DNA of 64,000 nucleotides from Eledone cirrhosa. Taxonomy: Eukaryota. The stretch is from positions 334,242,001-334,306,000 of the forward strand of contig OZ024741.1 of NCBI GenBank assembly GCA_964016885.1, in the 5' to 3' direction. Numbering within the stretch: position 1 is the stretch's first letter; the number at the start of each line of letters is the position of its first letter. This document shows, piece by piece, positions 41,613 through 56,305 of the stretch. Under the pieces are notes generated by a model that saw only the letters and a program-made list of their open reading frames with translations, had not been told where the DNA came from and made no database searches. The position numbers were made by a program, and so were the translations under genes.

Positions 41613-43333
41613 ATATTAGATGTAAATCTTCTGCTTCATTTCTACAATTTGATATAGATAATTACTATTCTTCTATATCACCTATACTCCTGAACAAAGC
41701 ATTGATATTTGCTAAAAATAGATCTAACTTAACTTTGGATGACATTAATATTATTACACATGCTAGACTAACACTTATTGAATTTCAGAATGAATACTGG
41801 ACCAGAAACACATATAGTAATCTATTTGATACTACTATGGGTTCAAGCGATTCCGCCCAAATTACTGATCTTGTGGGCCTCTTTCTCCTTTTCAACATAA
41901 ATGCCTCCTTTCCCCACCTTAAAGGTGGTTTATATCGTGATGACTGTCTTCTTCTTTCCAACAACCTTAGCCTTTCAGAAATAGAAAAAAACAAAAAGCA
42001 TATTAGAACTTTCCTTAAAGACTATTATAGTCTTCATATTACTTTTGAAAAAACAAGTAAAGTAGTAAATTTCCTAGATATAACTTTAGACTTAGCTATG
42101 GGTATCTACCAACCTTACCATAAACCCAACCAAAACTTACACTACATACACTTACAATCTAATCACCCTAAATCTATCCTTAAAAACCTTGCATATAATA
42201 TATCACTTAGAATTTCTAACCTTTCTTCTAACCAAGATGTATTTGATAAAAATGCGACCTTCTATAACGAAGCTCTAGATAGAAGTGGCCACAAAAATAG
42301 ATTAGAATATATACTTTCTACTAAAAATACTATAAACATACAACCTAATATTACCAACAAACACCAAATGAAAAGTACACACCTAAATGCCACCCACACT
42401 ATACCCCAAAATACCAACAACTCTTCTAATATAAAGTATAGTAACTCTCAAAAAACTACTCATCACACAACTCTAATAAATGTTAATAATAAAACTCCTA
42501 ATAAACAAGATAAAACACCTAAATCTACAAATCTAACTAAAAATGTGCGTGGTGGGATCATTAACATTAATCCTCCTAGTAAACATCACGATACAACCTA
42601 TAAAAATAATAAACAACATAGAAACCGTAATAGACGAGTTACTTGGTATAATGCTCCATTTAATTTACAAATTAAGGATAATATTGTTAAAAAATTTTTT
42701 TATATCTTAGAGAAAAACTTCCCGCCAAACCACAAATACCATCAAATCTTAAATAGGTCTACAGTTAAATTCTCATACTCAACAACAAATAACATAAAAC
42801 AAAATATAAGTGCCTATAATGCATATAAATGTAGGAATACCATAAGTATACCACCAATACATCAAACTAACCATAATATCTCCTCAAATACAGAATTAAC
42901 GAAAGGTTGTAACTGTAGAAACAAAGCAAACTGCCCATTAAAAGGAAATTGTCTTGTTAACAACATAGTTTATAAATGTAATGTTAAAACTAAAGATTCT
43001 ATTTGCTCATATATAGGAGCTACTTCTAACAATTTTAAGGTAAGGTTTAATACCCACAAACATAGTTTTAAAAATGCCGCACTGGCTAATACAACATCTC
43101 TAGCAGAAAAAATCAATAGTTATAAAAATAAGAATATAGAATATGATATGACCTGGAGTGTGCTCAAAAGAGCCACCCCTTATCAAAATAATAGAAATGA
43201 ATGTAGATTATGTTCCCAAGAACTATTTGAAATAATGAAATCTAAGGATATCCTATTAAATAAACGACAGGAATTAATTATATCGTGTAATCATAAACTA
43301 AGAAAAACATTTAAATATTATAAACCTAATTAA
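41612..43333 (+). mobile_element. 5'-truncated Penelope-like element ORF (Naiad-type), uninterrupted RT plus GIY-YIG
   Basis: In frame from 41612: LQFDIDNYYSSI, FDTTMGSSDSAQITDLVG, GGLYRDD, VNFLDITLDL, SNHP, CNCRNKANCPLKGNCL, IVYKC..YIG, CRLC and LLNKRQELIISCNH. Confidence 0.9.
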
Positions 43334-43854
43334 TAACATTATTTTAGAAATTAATATATAATTTAATTTAAATGTTAGTTAACCTATAAATTTAATTTAA
43401 TTAAAATTCTACTACAGATGAGATTATAAAATATTGTGTAATCATAAATTGTGAAAAACTTTTAAATATTACTAATATATACTTCGTAAATTAATTTATA
43501 GATTAATTTTAATTTATTTAACCTTTTATTAAAATTCCTTTACAGATAAAATATAACAAAATATCGTGTATTCAATGACAGAGAAATAATTTTTAATATT
43601 ATAGACCTAATTAATGTACATTTTAGAAATATATTTATAATTTGGTTTTAAATTTGTTTAACCTAAAAATTTAATTTAATTGGCTTAAAATTAATATCCT
43701 AATACAGATGGATTGCAGAGTGTCATGTAATCATAGACTGAGATAGGTTTTGGATGTATACCTAGTTAATATATTCTTTGCAATTTTTGAAAAAATATGT
43801 ATGTGTATGTATATATATGTATATGTATGTATATATATGTATATGTATATATAT

Positions 43855-44460
43855 GTCAGGTCACCAGTTGGTGCTACTGGTAACATGTATCCCAGTACAA
43901 CCTGACCCATGGTCGGGTCGTTGGCGACTAAACTGGCAACCCCACCAAGGTTTCTTGGTGAGGAGGGTGACTTTGGACATCCTGCAGGACTAAAACCAAA
44001 ACCTGTCAAAGGGCAAAGGAGCTCTTAAGAGTCAATGGCCATCCAAAATCACCGGGAGAGATGACCCCTTAGCCTTTGTCAAGGCAGAATTCTAGGAGAT
44101 GGAAAACTCTGATATAACACCTGCAACCCTGATGGTATCCAATGATGTTGACTTGTTCTTCTTTTTGGTAAATATCATCTTGGTTAAGAGAGTGGGACTG
44201 GCTTTGTGCAGTGCCTTTGCTCACTATAAAAGCTTCACGGCACAGGCATTGCTTTATATCTGGAGATCTCTCTGCACTTGTCGTCACAGGGTACCATGGG
44301 CCCAGCACTATGTGTCAATATTTGTCACAAGTGTAGTGTTTGTACCAGAGTTTTCAAGTCGCTGGCTGGACTAAAAAGTCACTCGTTCAGCGCATCGGTA
44401 GGGGTTCTCCTATATGGATATAAAGTAGTGGCCGTACTCGAAAACGAGTTGGCAGCCACC
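43855..44460 (+). mobile_element. Bipartite RTE-derived element, copy 2
   Basis: Inserted in (TA)n and absent from the left arm. Confidence 0.85.
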
Positions 44461-45147
44461 ATGTATATATATATATATGTGTATGTATTAATTTTAATTT
44501 ATGTTTACCTATAATTATATTCTACTATAGATAAAATACAATATCTGTTTTAATTATTATAAACCAAATTAACATATACTATAGAAATTAATATATAATT
44601 TTTAATTTAGTTAACCTATAATTTATATTCTACTACCGATGTAATACTTTATTTGTTTTTTCCCTATTACTAAATTCATTTCCTAATATTGATACCATAA
44701 CGTTAATAATTTTAATTTAGTTATACTATAATTAATACTCTACTACTATTTAACTTCAAAATTCCGCTTCAAATATTATAAACCTAAGTAGTATACACCT
44801 TAGAAATCAATATATTAACTATCTTTATTTTAGTTAACCTATAATTAATAGTCTACTTATATTAAAATGCATAATTTTGCCTTCTTTCTTACATTTCCTA
44901 ATACTGAAAATACTATGTAAACGCATATTATGATCTAAATGCAGATTAATATTCTATGTTTCTTGAAACCTATATTTACTATAACCCCCCCCCCCTATTA
45001 TTATTTGTATTTGTAAGCGTGGATGTATGTATGTATATGTAGGTAGGTATGTATGTTTGGGTGTTTGTATGTGAGTATAAAAATACATATGTGCGCATGT
45101 AAATAAGGGTGTATGATTGTGTATATATATATATATATATGTATGTG

Positions 45148-45179
<32 letters not shown>

Positions 45180-45182
45180 TGT

Positions 45183-45808
45183 GTCAGGTCACCACTTTGT
45201 GTCAGGTCACCACTTGGTGCTACTGGTAACATGTATCCCAGTACAACCTGTCTCATGGTCGGGTCGTTGGCGACTAAACTGGCAACCCCACCAAGGTTTC
45301 TTGGTGAGGAGGGTGATTTTGGACATCCTGCAGGACTAAAAACAAAACCTGTCAAAGGGCTAAGGAGCTCTTAAGAGTCAATGGCCATCCAAAATCACCG
45401 GGAGAGATGACCCCTTAGCCTTTGTCAAGGCAGAATTCTAGGAGAAGGAAAACTCTGATATAACACCTGCAACCCTGATGGCATCCAATGATGTTGACTT
45501 GTTCTTCTTTTTGGTAAATATCATCTTGGTTAAGAGAGTGGGACTGGCTTTGTGCAGTGCCTTTGCTCACTATAAAAGCTTCACGGCACAGGCATTGCTT
45601 TATATCTGGAGATCTCTCTGCACTTGTCCTCACATGGTACCATGGGCCCAGCCCTATGTGTCAATAATTGTCACAAGTGTAGTGTTTGTACCAGAGTTTT
45701 CAAGTCGCTGGCTGGACTAAAAAGTCACACTCGTTCAGCGCATTGGTAGGAGTTCTCCTACATGGATATAAAGTAGTGGCCGTACTCGAAAACGAGTTGG
45801 CAGCCACC
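45183..45808 (+). mobile_element. Bipartite RTE-derived element, copy 3 (18-bp 5' duplication)
   Basis: GTCAGGTCACCACTT repeated at 45183 and 45201. Absent from the left arm. Confidence 0.85.
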
Positions 45809-45941
45809 ATATATATATATATGTATCTATGTATTTATGTGGGTATATGTGTGTATGTATATGTATGCACATGTATATGTCTATGTGTATATGTGTGTAT
45901 GTGTATATATGTACGTATGTGCGCATGTATATGTGAGTGTT

Positions 45942-45982
<41 letters not shown>

Positions 45983-46022
45983 AGTTGATGTGTGTATGTG
46001 TATATATATATGTATGTATATG

Positions 46023-46093
<71 letters not shown>

Positions 46094-46211
46094 ATATATA
46101 TATGTATATGTATGTGTGTGCATATTTGTCTGACTGTGTGTATTAATTTATTTATTTATTTATTTATTTTATTTATTTATTTTTTTATATATATGTATAT
46201 ATGTATATATG

Positions 46212-46296
<85 letters not shown>

Positions 46297-46519
46297 ATAT
46301 ATATGTATGTGTGTATGTATGTGTATGTATGTGTGTGTGTGTATGTGTGTATATATTTATATGTGTATATGTATCTCTATTTATATATGTATATATGTGT
46401 ATGTATATCCATTTATTTATGTATGTCTGAGTTGTGTGAGCGTGTGTATATGTATGTGTATGTATGTGTGTGTGTATGTATATATATCTTTGTATATGTG
46501 TATGTGTATGTAAGTGTAT

Positions 46520-46639
<120 letters not shown>

Positions 46640-46972
46640 ATGTGTATGTATATATATATATATATGTGTGGGTATGTATGTGTATGTGTGTATATATATA
46701 TATGTGTGTTTTATATGTGTGTAGATATGTGTATGTATATATATATATATATATGTGTGTTGTGAATGGATATATATATATATGTATGTATGTATGTTTA
46801 TATATATATGCGTGTATATGTGTATATGTCTATGTATTTATATGTGTATATGTATGTGTCTCTATATGTATGCATGTGTGTATGTGTATGTGTATTTATA
46901 TGGTGTGTGTATGTATATGTATGTGTATGTATGTGTTTGTGTATATGTGTATGTATATGTATGTATATATAC

Positions 46973-47028
<56 letters not shown>

Positions 47029-47103
47029 GTATGTATATTGATGTATATTTTATATTTTACTTGTTTATATATATATGTGTATGTATATATATATATGTGT
47101 GTA

Positions 47104-47140
<37 letters not shown>

Positions 47141-47732
47141 TTTCTTAATATATTTCTTTTTTCTTTTTCTTTTTATTTTTAAATTTATAGATACATTTAT
47201 AAATAGGCAGCTTGCTGACACCGCTAAATACTGACCTCCCCCCCCCCCACCTACTTTCTGTATCTGGATCTAAATATGTGTGGCAGTGTTTATGTGCGCG
47301 CATTAATGTCCATATGCTTATGATAATAGTATATACACATATATGTGTGTGGGGGTGTGTGTGTGTGAATGTATGTTCGTGGTTGTGTGTATGTTTATGC
47401 GTATACGCGCGTGTGTGTGTGAATGTACGTATATGTGTGAGTATATGAATGTGTGTATATATTTATTTTTATATTTATATGCGTATACGAATTTTATCTG
47501 TAGATTATAAACATACAGAGACATTAGCCTTGAATTTTTGTATTTACATACATCTTTTCGGCATGCGTATGCATGTGAACATATATATTTTTATGCATAT
47601 CTGTGAACGAAGTTACTTACATATATACACACACCTAACTGTATAAACTTTTTGTGTTTTCATTGGTCAATTTGAACTCTGTTCCCAAACAGACCTGTAA
47701 TTTTGAATTGTTGTTATTATCAATAAATATAT

Positions 47733-47886
47733 TTCATTATTTCTGAAAACGGCATATATATGTGTTGGTATGTATATTTAATTTTGATAGTTTGTATAAT
47801 TTTGTATAATTTTGTACATAGATCTGTTGAATATGCATGCCAATTCTAACACATATATATCCTAGAAACGATCGTTAAATAATGAA
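47733..47886 (+). ncRNA. Long-stem-II hammerhead, G8A mutant copy
   Basis: Same as 38296-38449 but the core is CUGAAAA. Confidence 0.6.
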
Positions 47887-48079
47887 CTTTTTTTGTTTAA
47901 TATAAGGAACTGTTTCATTGTTTTATTCATTATTTTTTTAATATTTTATCTTGACTCTGTATTCCGTTATCTTTCACCGAAAGTGATTTTTCATTGCATC
48001 TCTTCTCTCCATGATATCCGGATTACATTGAGTTCTTCATACGGATTGGACACTACCGTAAACTCTTGGTAGATTTATC

Positions 48080-48136
<57 letters not shown>

Positions 48137-48139
48137 TAG

Positions 48140-49055
48140 ATGCTTAGGACAATAAGGAAGAGGAGTTGAGGACATATAACAGAGAAAATTTGGAAATTTC
48201 TATGGGAAATTTCAGTGAGCTAGAGAAAATCGTAATGTGGTTGGATGTCAAAAAGAAAGAAGCATGGAAGACATTTTATGAGAGGCTACTCTGAATGAGA
48301 AAAACAAATGGGACAGTGAGGGCCTACTCATGCAGACCCAACTGAGGGATCAAAGTTGACAGCAGTATGATAGATAAAGCAATTAAGGATATGATGGTAG
48401 GGAATGTAGCTGGACCATCTGGTATAGTTGCTGAGATGCTAAAATCACCTGACATGGTAGGATGTGAGTTAGTCAGTCACATAGTTAATCAAGTAGTACA
48501 GATGGTGTCATGCCCAATGACTGATGTAGCAATATAATTTTCAACAGTTACAAGGGCAAATGTGATGCACTAGACAGGGGAAACTACAGAGGCATCAAAT
48601 TGATGGACCAAGTCATGAGTGTTGCAGAAAGAGTTCCACACCTGCTCTCTATCCAACTGTGCTAATGCCACAACAAAAACATGTTGTCCATCTTCTGAAG
48701 TGGTTGTACTCTTGTGATTACAAAAGGCGCCCAGTCCACCCTCTAAGATGGTCATTTTAAGACCACTACACAAAAGGATCCAGTTCACCCCATTTGGTGA
48801 TTGTCTTGGTTCCAATAAAAGCACCCAGTCCAATCTGTAAATTGTTAGTGGTGTTGCCATGAGAAAAGCTCACAGTACACACTGTTATGTGATTGACTTT
48901 GGGAAGGGCATCCAGCCTTAGAAAACCAAGCCCCAAATAGATCTGTATGAGTAAGACATGATCATCTGACTTGGCTAGTCTCATAACATGACAACTTGTC
49001 TAACCCATACAAGCATGGAAAATAAACATTAAATGGTGTGATGATGATGATGATA
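48140..49055 (+). pseudogene. Decayed RTE LINE pieces (pre-RT region and 3' UTR)
   Basis: AGPSGIVAEMLK and YKGKCDALDRGNYRGIKLMDQVM. The 3' UTR ends in (GAT)n. Confidence 0.7.
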
Positions 49056-49899
49056 CATGTATATAAGTATTTATGCGTGTGTGTATGTAGTACATATATA
49101 TATATATATATTTATAGTGATTAAATAAATACACACAGACATATATATATATAAATATATGTATGTGTGTGTAGTGTACATAAGTGTTTATATATATATA
49201 TATATAATTGTATTTACTTTTGTTTGTGTTTATATATATATGCATATATACATGTATACAAATGTAAATACAACATATACATGCATAGCACGTAACTATG
49301 TATACTTATATATATGTCTGTGTGTGTGTATGTTTATATATATACGTGTGTGTGTGTATGTATACATGTGTGCATGTACATTTTAATCTTTAATCAAATT
49401 ACACTCTGCTAAACAATACTGAAAACATTTTTTTTGTTTCATGAATCTCCAGCGCCTGATTCGGAATAGAGTTACCTTTTAAAATCTCAAATTTCCTTAT
49501 CTACTGCATTACATCTTTGCTGTCTGCTATGCCTGAAAGATTTATATCTCAAATATAGTTTGCCTCAAGGGATGTGGAGAAATTGGATTAGAAGTTAACT
49601 CTTAGAGTGAAGAAAAAAATGAAATAAATTTGACACGTCGCTAATAATATTATTATAGTATGTTCAGTATTTTAGCAAAATGTGCTGAAGCAAAATTTTC
49701 AACTGTTTGAAAACTTTCGTTTTCTGTGGTGTTTGTTTTGTTTTATTTTTAAATATATAGCAGTGATTTTTATATGTATTTGGTAGGATTGTCTGGAGGA
49801 ATGGATTCCAAGAGATTTCAACAGATTTCACTGATTAGAACTTCTCAGGTGAAATGGTTTTCTGTTTCATTCTGTGAAAAGTTGTCAGGTATTCTGTTA

Positions 49900-50565
49900 T
49901 GTTATTCTTTTACTGGTTTCAGTATTTAGACTGTAGCCATGCTGGAGCACTGCCTTGATTTAGTCAAATATATCAACATCTAAACTGTTTTACTGGTTTT
50001 AGTCATTAGATTGTGACCTTGTTGGGACACTGCCTTGATTTTGTCAATCATATCAACCCATAAACTGTTTTAATGGTTTCAGTCATTAGACTGTGGCCAT
50101 GCTGGGAGACTGTCATTATTTAGTCAAGGTTAACTTTGCCTTTCATCCTTATGGGGTCAATAAAATAAAGTACCAGTAATGTACTGGGTAATTGCTGGCC
50201 TTGTGCCAAAAGTAGAAACAATTATTTAGTCAAGGTGGTGGATTGGCAGTATTGGTAGAAGGTCGGACACCACGCTTTTCAGCATAGAGTTACGACCCTT
50301 TATGGTCTGAGTTCAAATCCTACTGAGGTTAACTTTGCCTTTCATTCTTACAGGGTCGATAAACTAAAGTACCAGTAATGCACTGGAGTAATTGCTGGCA
50401 TTGTGCCAAAAAAGTAGAAACAATTATTTAGTCAATTTTATCATTCCCAATACTGTTTTACTGGTTTTGCTCATTAGACTGTGACCATGCTAGAGCACTG
50501 TCATGGTTTAGTCAATTATATCAGCCCCAGTACAGTTTTACTGGTTTGAGTCACTAGACTGTGGT
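49900..50565. repeat. Degenerate ~78-bp tandem repeat interrupted by two family-A SINEs (50125-50430)
   Basis: Repeated TTTTACTGGTTT..TAGACTGT..CCATGCTGG..TTAGTCAA. Confidence 0.65.
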
Positions 50566-51060
50566 TATTTACCAGATTTCTAATGAAATATACTGTCTAT
50601 GATTTTCAATAATTTTTTAAATAATGAAAAATTTGATGGATTTAGTAAGATAACTAACATTCTTATTATTCAGTTGGTGTTTAGAAGATAACTTTAAAAA
50701 GGGCTATTAGAAAAGATTAACCTAGATGAGATGCAGATTAAAATTAATTGTGCCAATTAAAAGTACCACTCCATCTCACAGAGATTCTTCCTCAGCTAGG
50801 TTGCTGTCTTTCTGATTTTACAAAAGAAATCAACAGTGCAGAGATTAAGAACTTAGGATTACAAAGATAGTGGTGTAGAAACAACAAGAAGTGTTTTAAG
50901 GTTATTGTCCCTGCTAAAGCAATAGTTAGCCAGCCACATAATAGGCTTTATACTCATCATGGGATATTTTTTGAGAAAATGTGTCACTATCAGTTATCCT
51001 TTCCAGGACCAACTCTTTCAGTTGCCTCTTAAAACATGCAGAGCTACAGTTTACCTAATC

Positions 51061-51789
51061 TACCATATATACTCGAATATAAACCAATGAATATGTGACT
51101 AAGATTTAATGGCAAAATGGTCGGGGGTGAGGTCAATTTATATTCGGGGTCAATATTTTGACAATTTTCACCAACTTCAAATTCTATGCAAATAAGGTGT
51201 TAAAATGTCTGGAGGGATTATTTCACAATGAAACATTGTTTTTCTACATTTACATTGTCTTGAGTTATATTTATGCATTGCCGTCGGAACATTCCCACAA
51301 AGTTCTATTATTTGAACTTTTTAATACATAAATGTTCCCTACACTTAAACACATACACATGTGAACATAAACACATGTGAATCGACTGTTTTTCTCTATG
51401 ACATAGGTAATTATACTTTTCCTTTCAATCTTGTTTTGTTTTATTTCACTCACTCTCTATCTCTCCCCTTCTCTTGCTCTCTCTTTTTCTCATTCTTCCT
51501 CTCCCCTCTCCTCTCTCATTTGCTCTCTCTTCTTCCCCATTCTAAAGTCCTTATGTAGTGGATTTATGAAACAAAAACTATACTCTAAATCACACTTAAA
51601 ACTTTTTAAATATCAAAATATTAATATTTCATAAATATTTTCTCGACATGTGAATTCCAAAACAGTATCATAATTTGTGTTTTAGCTGCTTCTGCTTATA
51701 AACGGGGTTTGGAATTTTGTCCATTTCTTAGACATATAATAGGGGGTCAGTTTATATTTGAGTCAGTTGATATTTGAGTATATATGGTA
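51061..51789. mobile_element. Tc1/pogo-like non-autonomous DNA transposon
   Basis: TIR TACCATATATACTCGAATAT versus ATATTTGAGTATATATGGTA. Confidence 0.6.
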
Positions 51790-54700
51790 AATCAGATACA
51801 CTCAGTATGATGTTTTCATTGTTGTATTTCTAATAAAAGAGACTGCATAGGTTTTTTCAGATGATTTTGAAAATAATCAAGAATTTTGAGCAAGATTTAG
51901 TAATATAACTAACTTATTTAGCTGCTGTCCAAAGCTTAACTTAATAAAGGGTCTTACATTAGATTATGATGGAAGGTTTTTAATGAATATAAATGCCTTA
52001 ATCCTTTCATGTTTCAATTAGTTTTGAATACAATCTAAAATGTTGAGTAATTTAATAAAATTTAATAAAGTTTTTCATTAGTAAACTGATTTTAACTTAT
52101 TTATTAATCAAAATTTTCTTAAATAAAATTATGTTGGAAGATTTTGATATCAAGATAAACATTTTAAAATGAACAGTTTTGTATCAAGCAAGCTGGTATC
52201 AAAATAGTATTGTATCAAAGAACCAAAGGTGGTTTCAGGTAGTTTGGTATAAAAAGGGTTAAGCAGTGATTTTGAAAGTTAGAATATTTGCATACTATAA
52301 GTAAATCTAAAATGAAAATCTCAATTATTCTGCTTGCTAAGAACTGTACTGAAATCCCAAAAGCTATGGAATAACTAACCAACAGCAAGCAGCTGGAATA
52401 TACATACATAATAATAAATGCAATTATTGAATATACAATAATACCACATAGAGGCAACAAATATTACTCATTCATTATATCTTTAAGAATGTTTTTCTAG
52501 GTTTGCTATAAATCTATAAGATATATGCTATGTTACATAATAACTTATTCAGTAAATATCTATACACCATAATAGATGCTATAACTCAGACACTACAAAC
52601 TTACATCCATGTAATAAATTGTATTACAATAGCAAAATATCAAATGCCAAACACTATTAAAATATTGTCAAACTACTGATAAAGAAATTTATTTTCAGAA
52701 ACACATGAGACATAGTTTGTAAATAATCTTTGCCTTTTGATCTGTTGATATTTTCATTTAAACTTTGAGGATTTCTTTGGCTGTTTTATGGTCGTTTATT
52801 TGTTTGTTTGTTGTTGTTGTTGTTTTCCATTATTTCTTCTTCAAAGGTACCTCCAGGCTGTCAGCTTACTAATTAGAGATGACAGAGGAGAGAAATTTAC
52901 TTATAAAGAATGAAATGAATGCAGACATCAGATGAGTACTGTGCAGCAGGTGAATTAATCCTTAGAATAGTTTATAGTTCAGTATATTTTGAAGACAAAT
53001 AAACTAAAGCAACCATGGGAAGAACAGGAAAAGAAAAAAAAAACATTCACTAGCATTTTAAAAGGAAAACATAGTTCAAAAACACAAAGTCAGAGATGTA
53101 TGTAATACATTTGTATGCATAAATATATATCCATCTAGCCATGGACTCTTAAGTTTAGAGTCATAGGAGTGCCTTCATGAGAGAGAATTTCATGGGCATT
53201 TAACCATGGAAGAGCCCATCTCTTGTCAACATCTGAATGCAGCAAATTTCTTCCAGAGAACAGAGAAAGTAAGAAAGAGATATAGAAGAAGAATTGACTT
53301 CAGTATTTGACTGGTACTTTAGTTAACAAGTGCAAAAAGATAAACGGCATAGTTTCCTCTTTTATTTGTTCCAGTCGACTGGCCGAGGCCATGCTGGGGG
53401 ACCGCTATCTCAGAGCTAAGAAAACCAGAATACCACAAAAGATTTTTATGGATGTCCCACAGTAGAGAGAGTGCGTAAAGATCACTCTCTATATGATACT
53501 TGCCTCACATATGATATAGTAAAAAATCATCATCATCATCATCATATATATCATAGCACTCATATCAAAATAAATTATGGAATCAAAAATATATATGAAG
53601 CCAATCTTTTTAACTTTTACATAGTGCTGAGGGAATAAAGTTAATATAAAGAATGGAGTACAATGGTGTGCTCATGTGTGGAGATGCAATAAAATAGCAT
53701 GTTAAATAGAGTGATTGCCCTTAAAGATGGAAAAAGTTGCCATCAGCTGCTATGAAGAATTGAACCCCATATCTGTTAATGGTTTCAAGCAGAAGTGTGC
53801 GACATATTCCATTGGCGGGCCACATTTGAACATTGGAACAACTATTAGGGCCATTAATATTTATTAAGCACTATTCCAAAGATTCACCACAATTTCTTTC
53901 CATAACATGGAACTGGGATATTATAACACACATAACTCTATCAGTGAAGCCCTTTAGTATAGGTCAACTAACAGAAAATTGTATTAAGATTAGAAAAAAC
54001 ATTCTAAATAAGCCCACAAGGTAAAAATTACAAACAGTCATCACGTGCACTCTGACTAGCCTGGCGGGCCAGATTGTGGCCCACGGGCTGCCTGTTGTAT
54101 ACCCCTGATTTAAAGGATCTGGCTGGATCTGGGAAATATGAGGTTCAATTCCTCATTGGAACTGATGGCAACTTATTTTTGTCTTTAAGGGTCTTTACCC
54201 TATTTTATAGCATCTCCATGCATGGGTACACCATTATCTATGTCAAAATTATAGAATAAAATTTGGATCCAAGGACAAAACAGGAAATATGGCTCAGGAG
54301 CCAATGTGTTAAAATTTCATTTATCCATCACTATAATCTGGTATTTTATTATACTAGAATTTTTTTCTATACGTTGACGTGCATGTGTATATGTGTTTGC
54401 GCGTATGTATGTGCAAATGTATACATTTATAGGTATGAGTATATAAATATAAATGCGCAAACACAGACACACTTACAAAAATACACTCACAGACATAAAT
54501 TCACACAAACACACACACACATACATTTACGCAAACACACATACACATACACACAGTGTAACTTTTTCACCATTCCCTTCCTCCTTTTTACACACATATT
54601 CATGCAGACAGCAGACATAAAGAGAGGAGTAGTATGAGGTAGTCAAACTTTTCCTCTCTCTTTATGTGTTGTGACAGAATCGCAGAAATTTATATATAGA

Positions 54701-54844
54701 ATAGATGAAAAGCAAAGTTGACATCAGTAAGATTTGAAATTAGAGTGCAAAAGGTCAGAACAAATACCATAAATTATTCTCTCTGACTTTCTAACAACTC
54801 AGCCCATCCACTGCCTTTTTCTGATCCCTATTTATCAAGCAATT

Positions 54845-55501
54845 ATGGACAGAGTAAGTTGAGCGTCAGACAAAATTTTTTACTCTTTGAGATCCTGTTG
54901 AGCTCAACTTTGCCTTTCATCCTTCCCAGGTCAATGAAATAAAGTACCTGCTGCAACACATTCTCTGCCTTCAAATTAGTCACTTTGGCCACAAACCCGA
55001 GCATTGAAGCCTGCCTCACAGAAGAACGTAAAATAAATAAATACCGGGGTTTGTCCAGCCGCTTCCTCTTTACATTGATCACTGTCGAGACCCATCTGAG
55101 GAGAGAGCCCTGTGAGGTTGGGTGACTGTTGCAGTGGGTGTCACTGGCCATTGTCCATGGGAATGCTTTTGCCATCTTGCCAGTGGGGTGCAGCACTTCT
55201 GCCCTCTTGCCCAAGGCCCAAAACCCAATCACCCTCCCCTTTCACCCTCCCTTCTCTTCTGCGACACCAGAGCTCTTGCCATCCCCTTCCCTTCCCATTC
55301 TTTTTCTTCTTTCTTTCTTTCTTTTTTTTCTTCTATATTTCCCTATTCTTTCTTTCCTTTTGTTTCCCCCTTTGTTTTTCTTACTAAATTTTATTTTAAA
55401 TATAAACATCTCTATATGAGTACCAGTTAAATACTGGGATCAATGTAATCGATTTTCCTCTTCCCCCATATTGTTGGCCTTTTGTCAATGTTTGAAATAA
55501 T
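54845..55501 (+). mobile_element. SINE with 16-bp target-site duplication, interrupted by a CRE-like LINE 3' fragment (54949-55418)
   Basis: TATTTATCAAGCAATT at 54829 and 55502. Inner AGTACC repeat at 54943 and 55419. The insert encodes EERKINKY..F..ITVET and QWVSLAIVHGNAFAIL. Confidence 0.6.
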
Positions 55502-55724
55502 TATTTATCAAGCAATTGCCTATCACATTGCTATAGAATATAAATTATAAATAGATATATCTACCTTTACAGATGTACACAGATGTCTTAATGATTAGAG
55601 ATCTATAAATTATCCCGCATGTGTTCTTGAATGGATAGTGGATTATTGATGCCTACACTAAATTGGAAACATACACACCATTACATGTATGTAACATACA
55701 TATACACTCAACCACATGTATGTA

Positions 55725-55755
<31 letters not shown>

Positions 55756-55984
55756 CACAACCATATGCACTTAGCATACACATACACAGGTATAAAACAT
55801 ACACATACCACATGTATGTAACATATATATACACTGTCACATGTAACGTACACATACACACAACCATACAACCACATGTATGTAACATGCACATACACAT
55901 AACCACACATATGTAAGACACATACACACTATCACGTGTGTGTAACATACATACATTCACATATATTAATACTTTAAAAAAGGG

Positions 55985-56305
55985 TGAAGAGCCCTTCAGT
56001 CATGAATGACCATGAGATTTACACCTAGAAAGTAACCCTCTGAGGCACAAGCAGCACAACGTTTTTTTTTTCTTTGTGGAAGACCAGCAGTTGCTCATGC
56101 ATACCAATCTTCTCTCTCCATACCATTATTGTCCAAAGGAAAGGCAATGGCTGATACAGCTTGGCACCAGTGACATTGAAACTCATTTCTACAGCTGGGT
56201 GAACTGGAGCAACATGAAAATAAAGTGTCTTTCTCAAGAGCACGATGCATTGCCTTGTTTGGGAATCCAACTTTCTAACCCTTAAGCTATGTGCCTTCAC
56301 TATTA
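55985..56305 (-). mobile_element. SINE (third family)
   Basis: Minus-strand tRNA-like head followed by CTTGAGAAAGACACTTTATTTTCATGTTGCTCCAGTTCACCCAGCTGTA. Confidence 0.5.

Noticed and set aside
52847-52949. Possible exon (pyrimidine tract-AG..CAG|GTGAAT)
   Set aside because: Stop codons in all three frames and no partner exons found.
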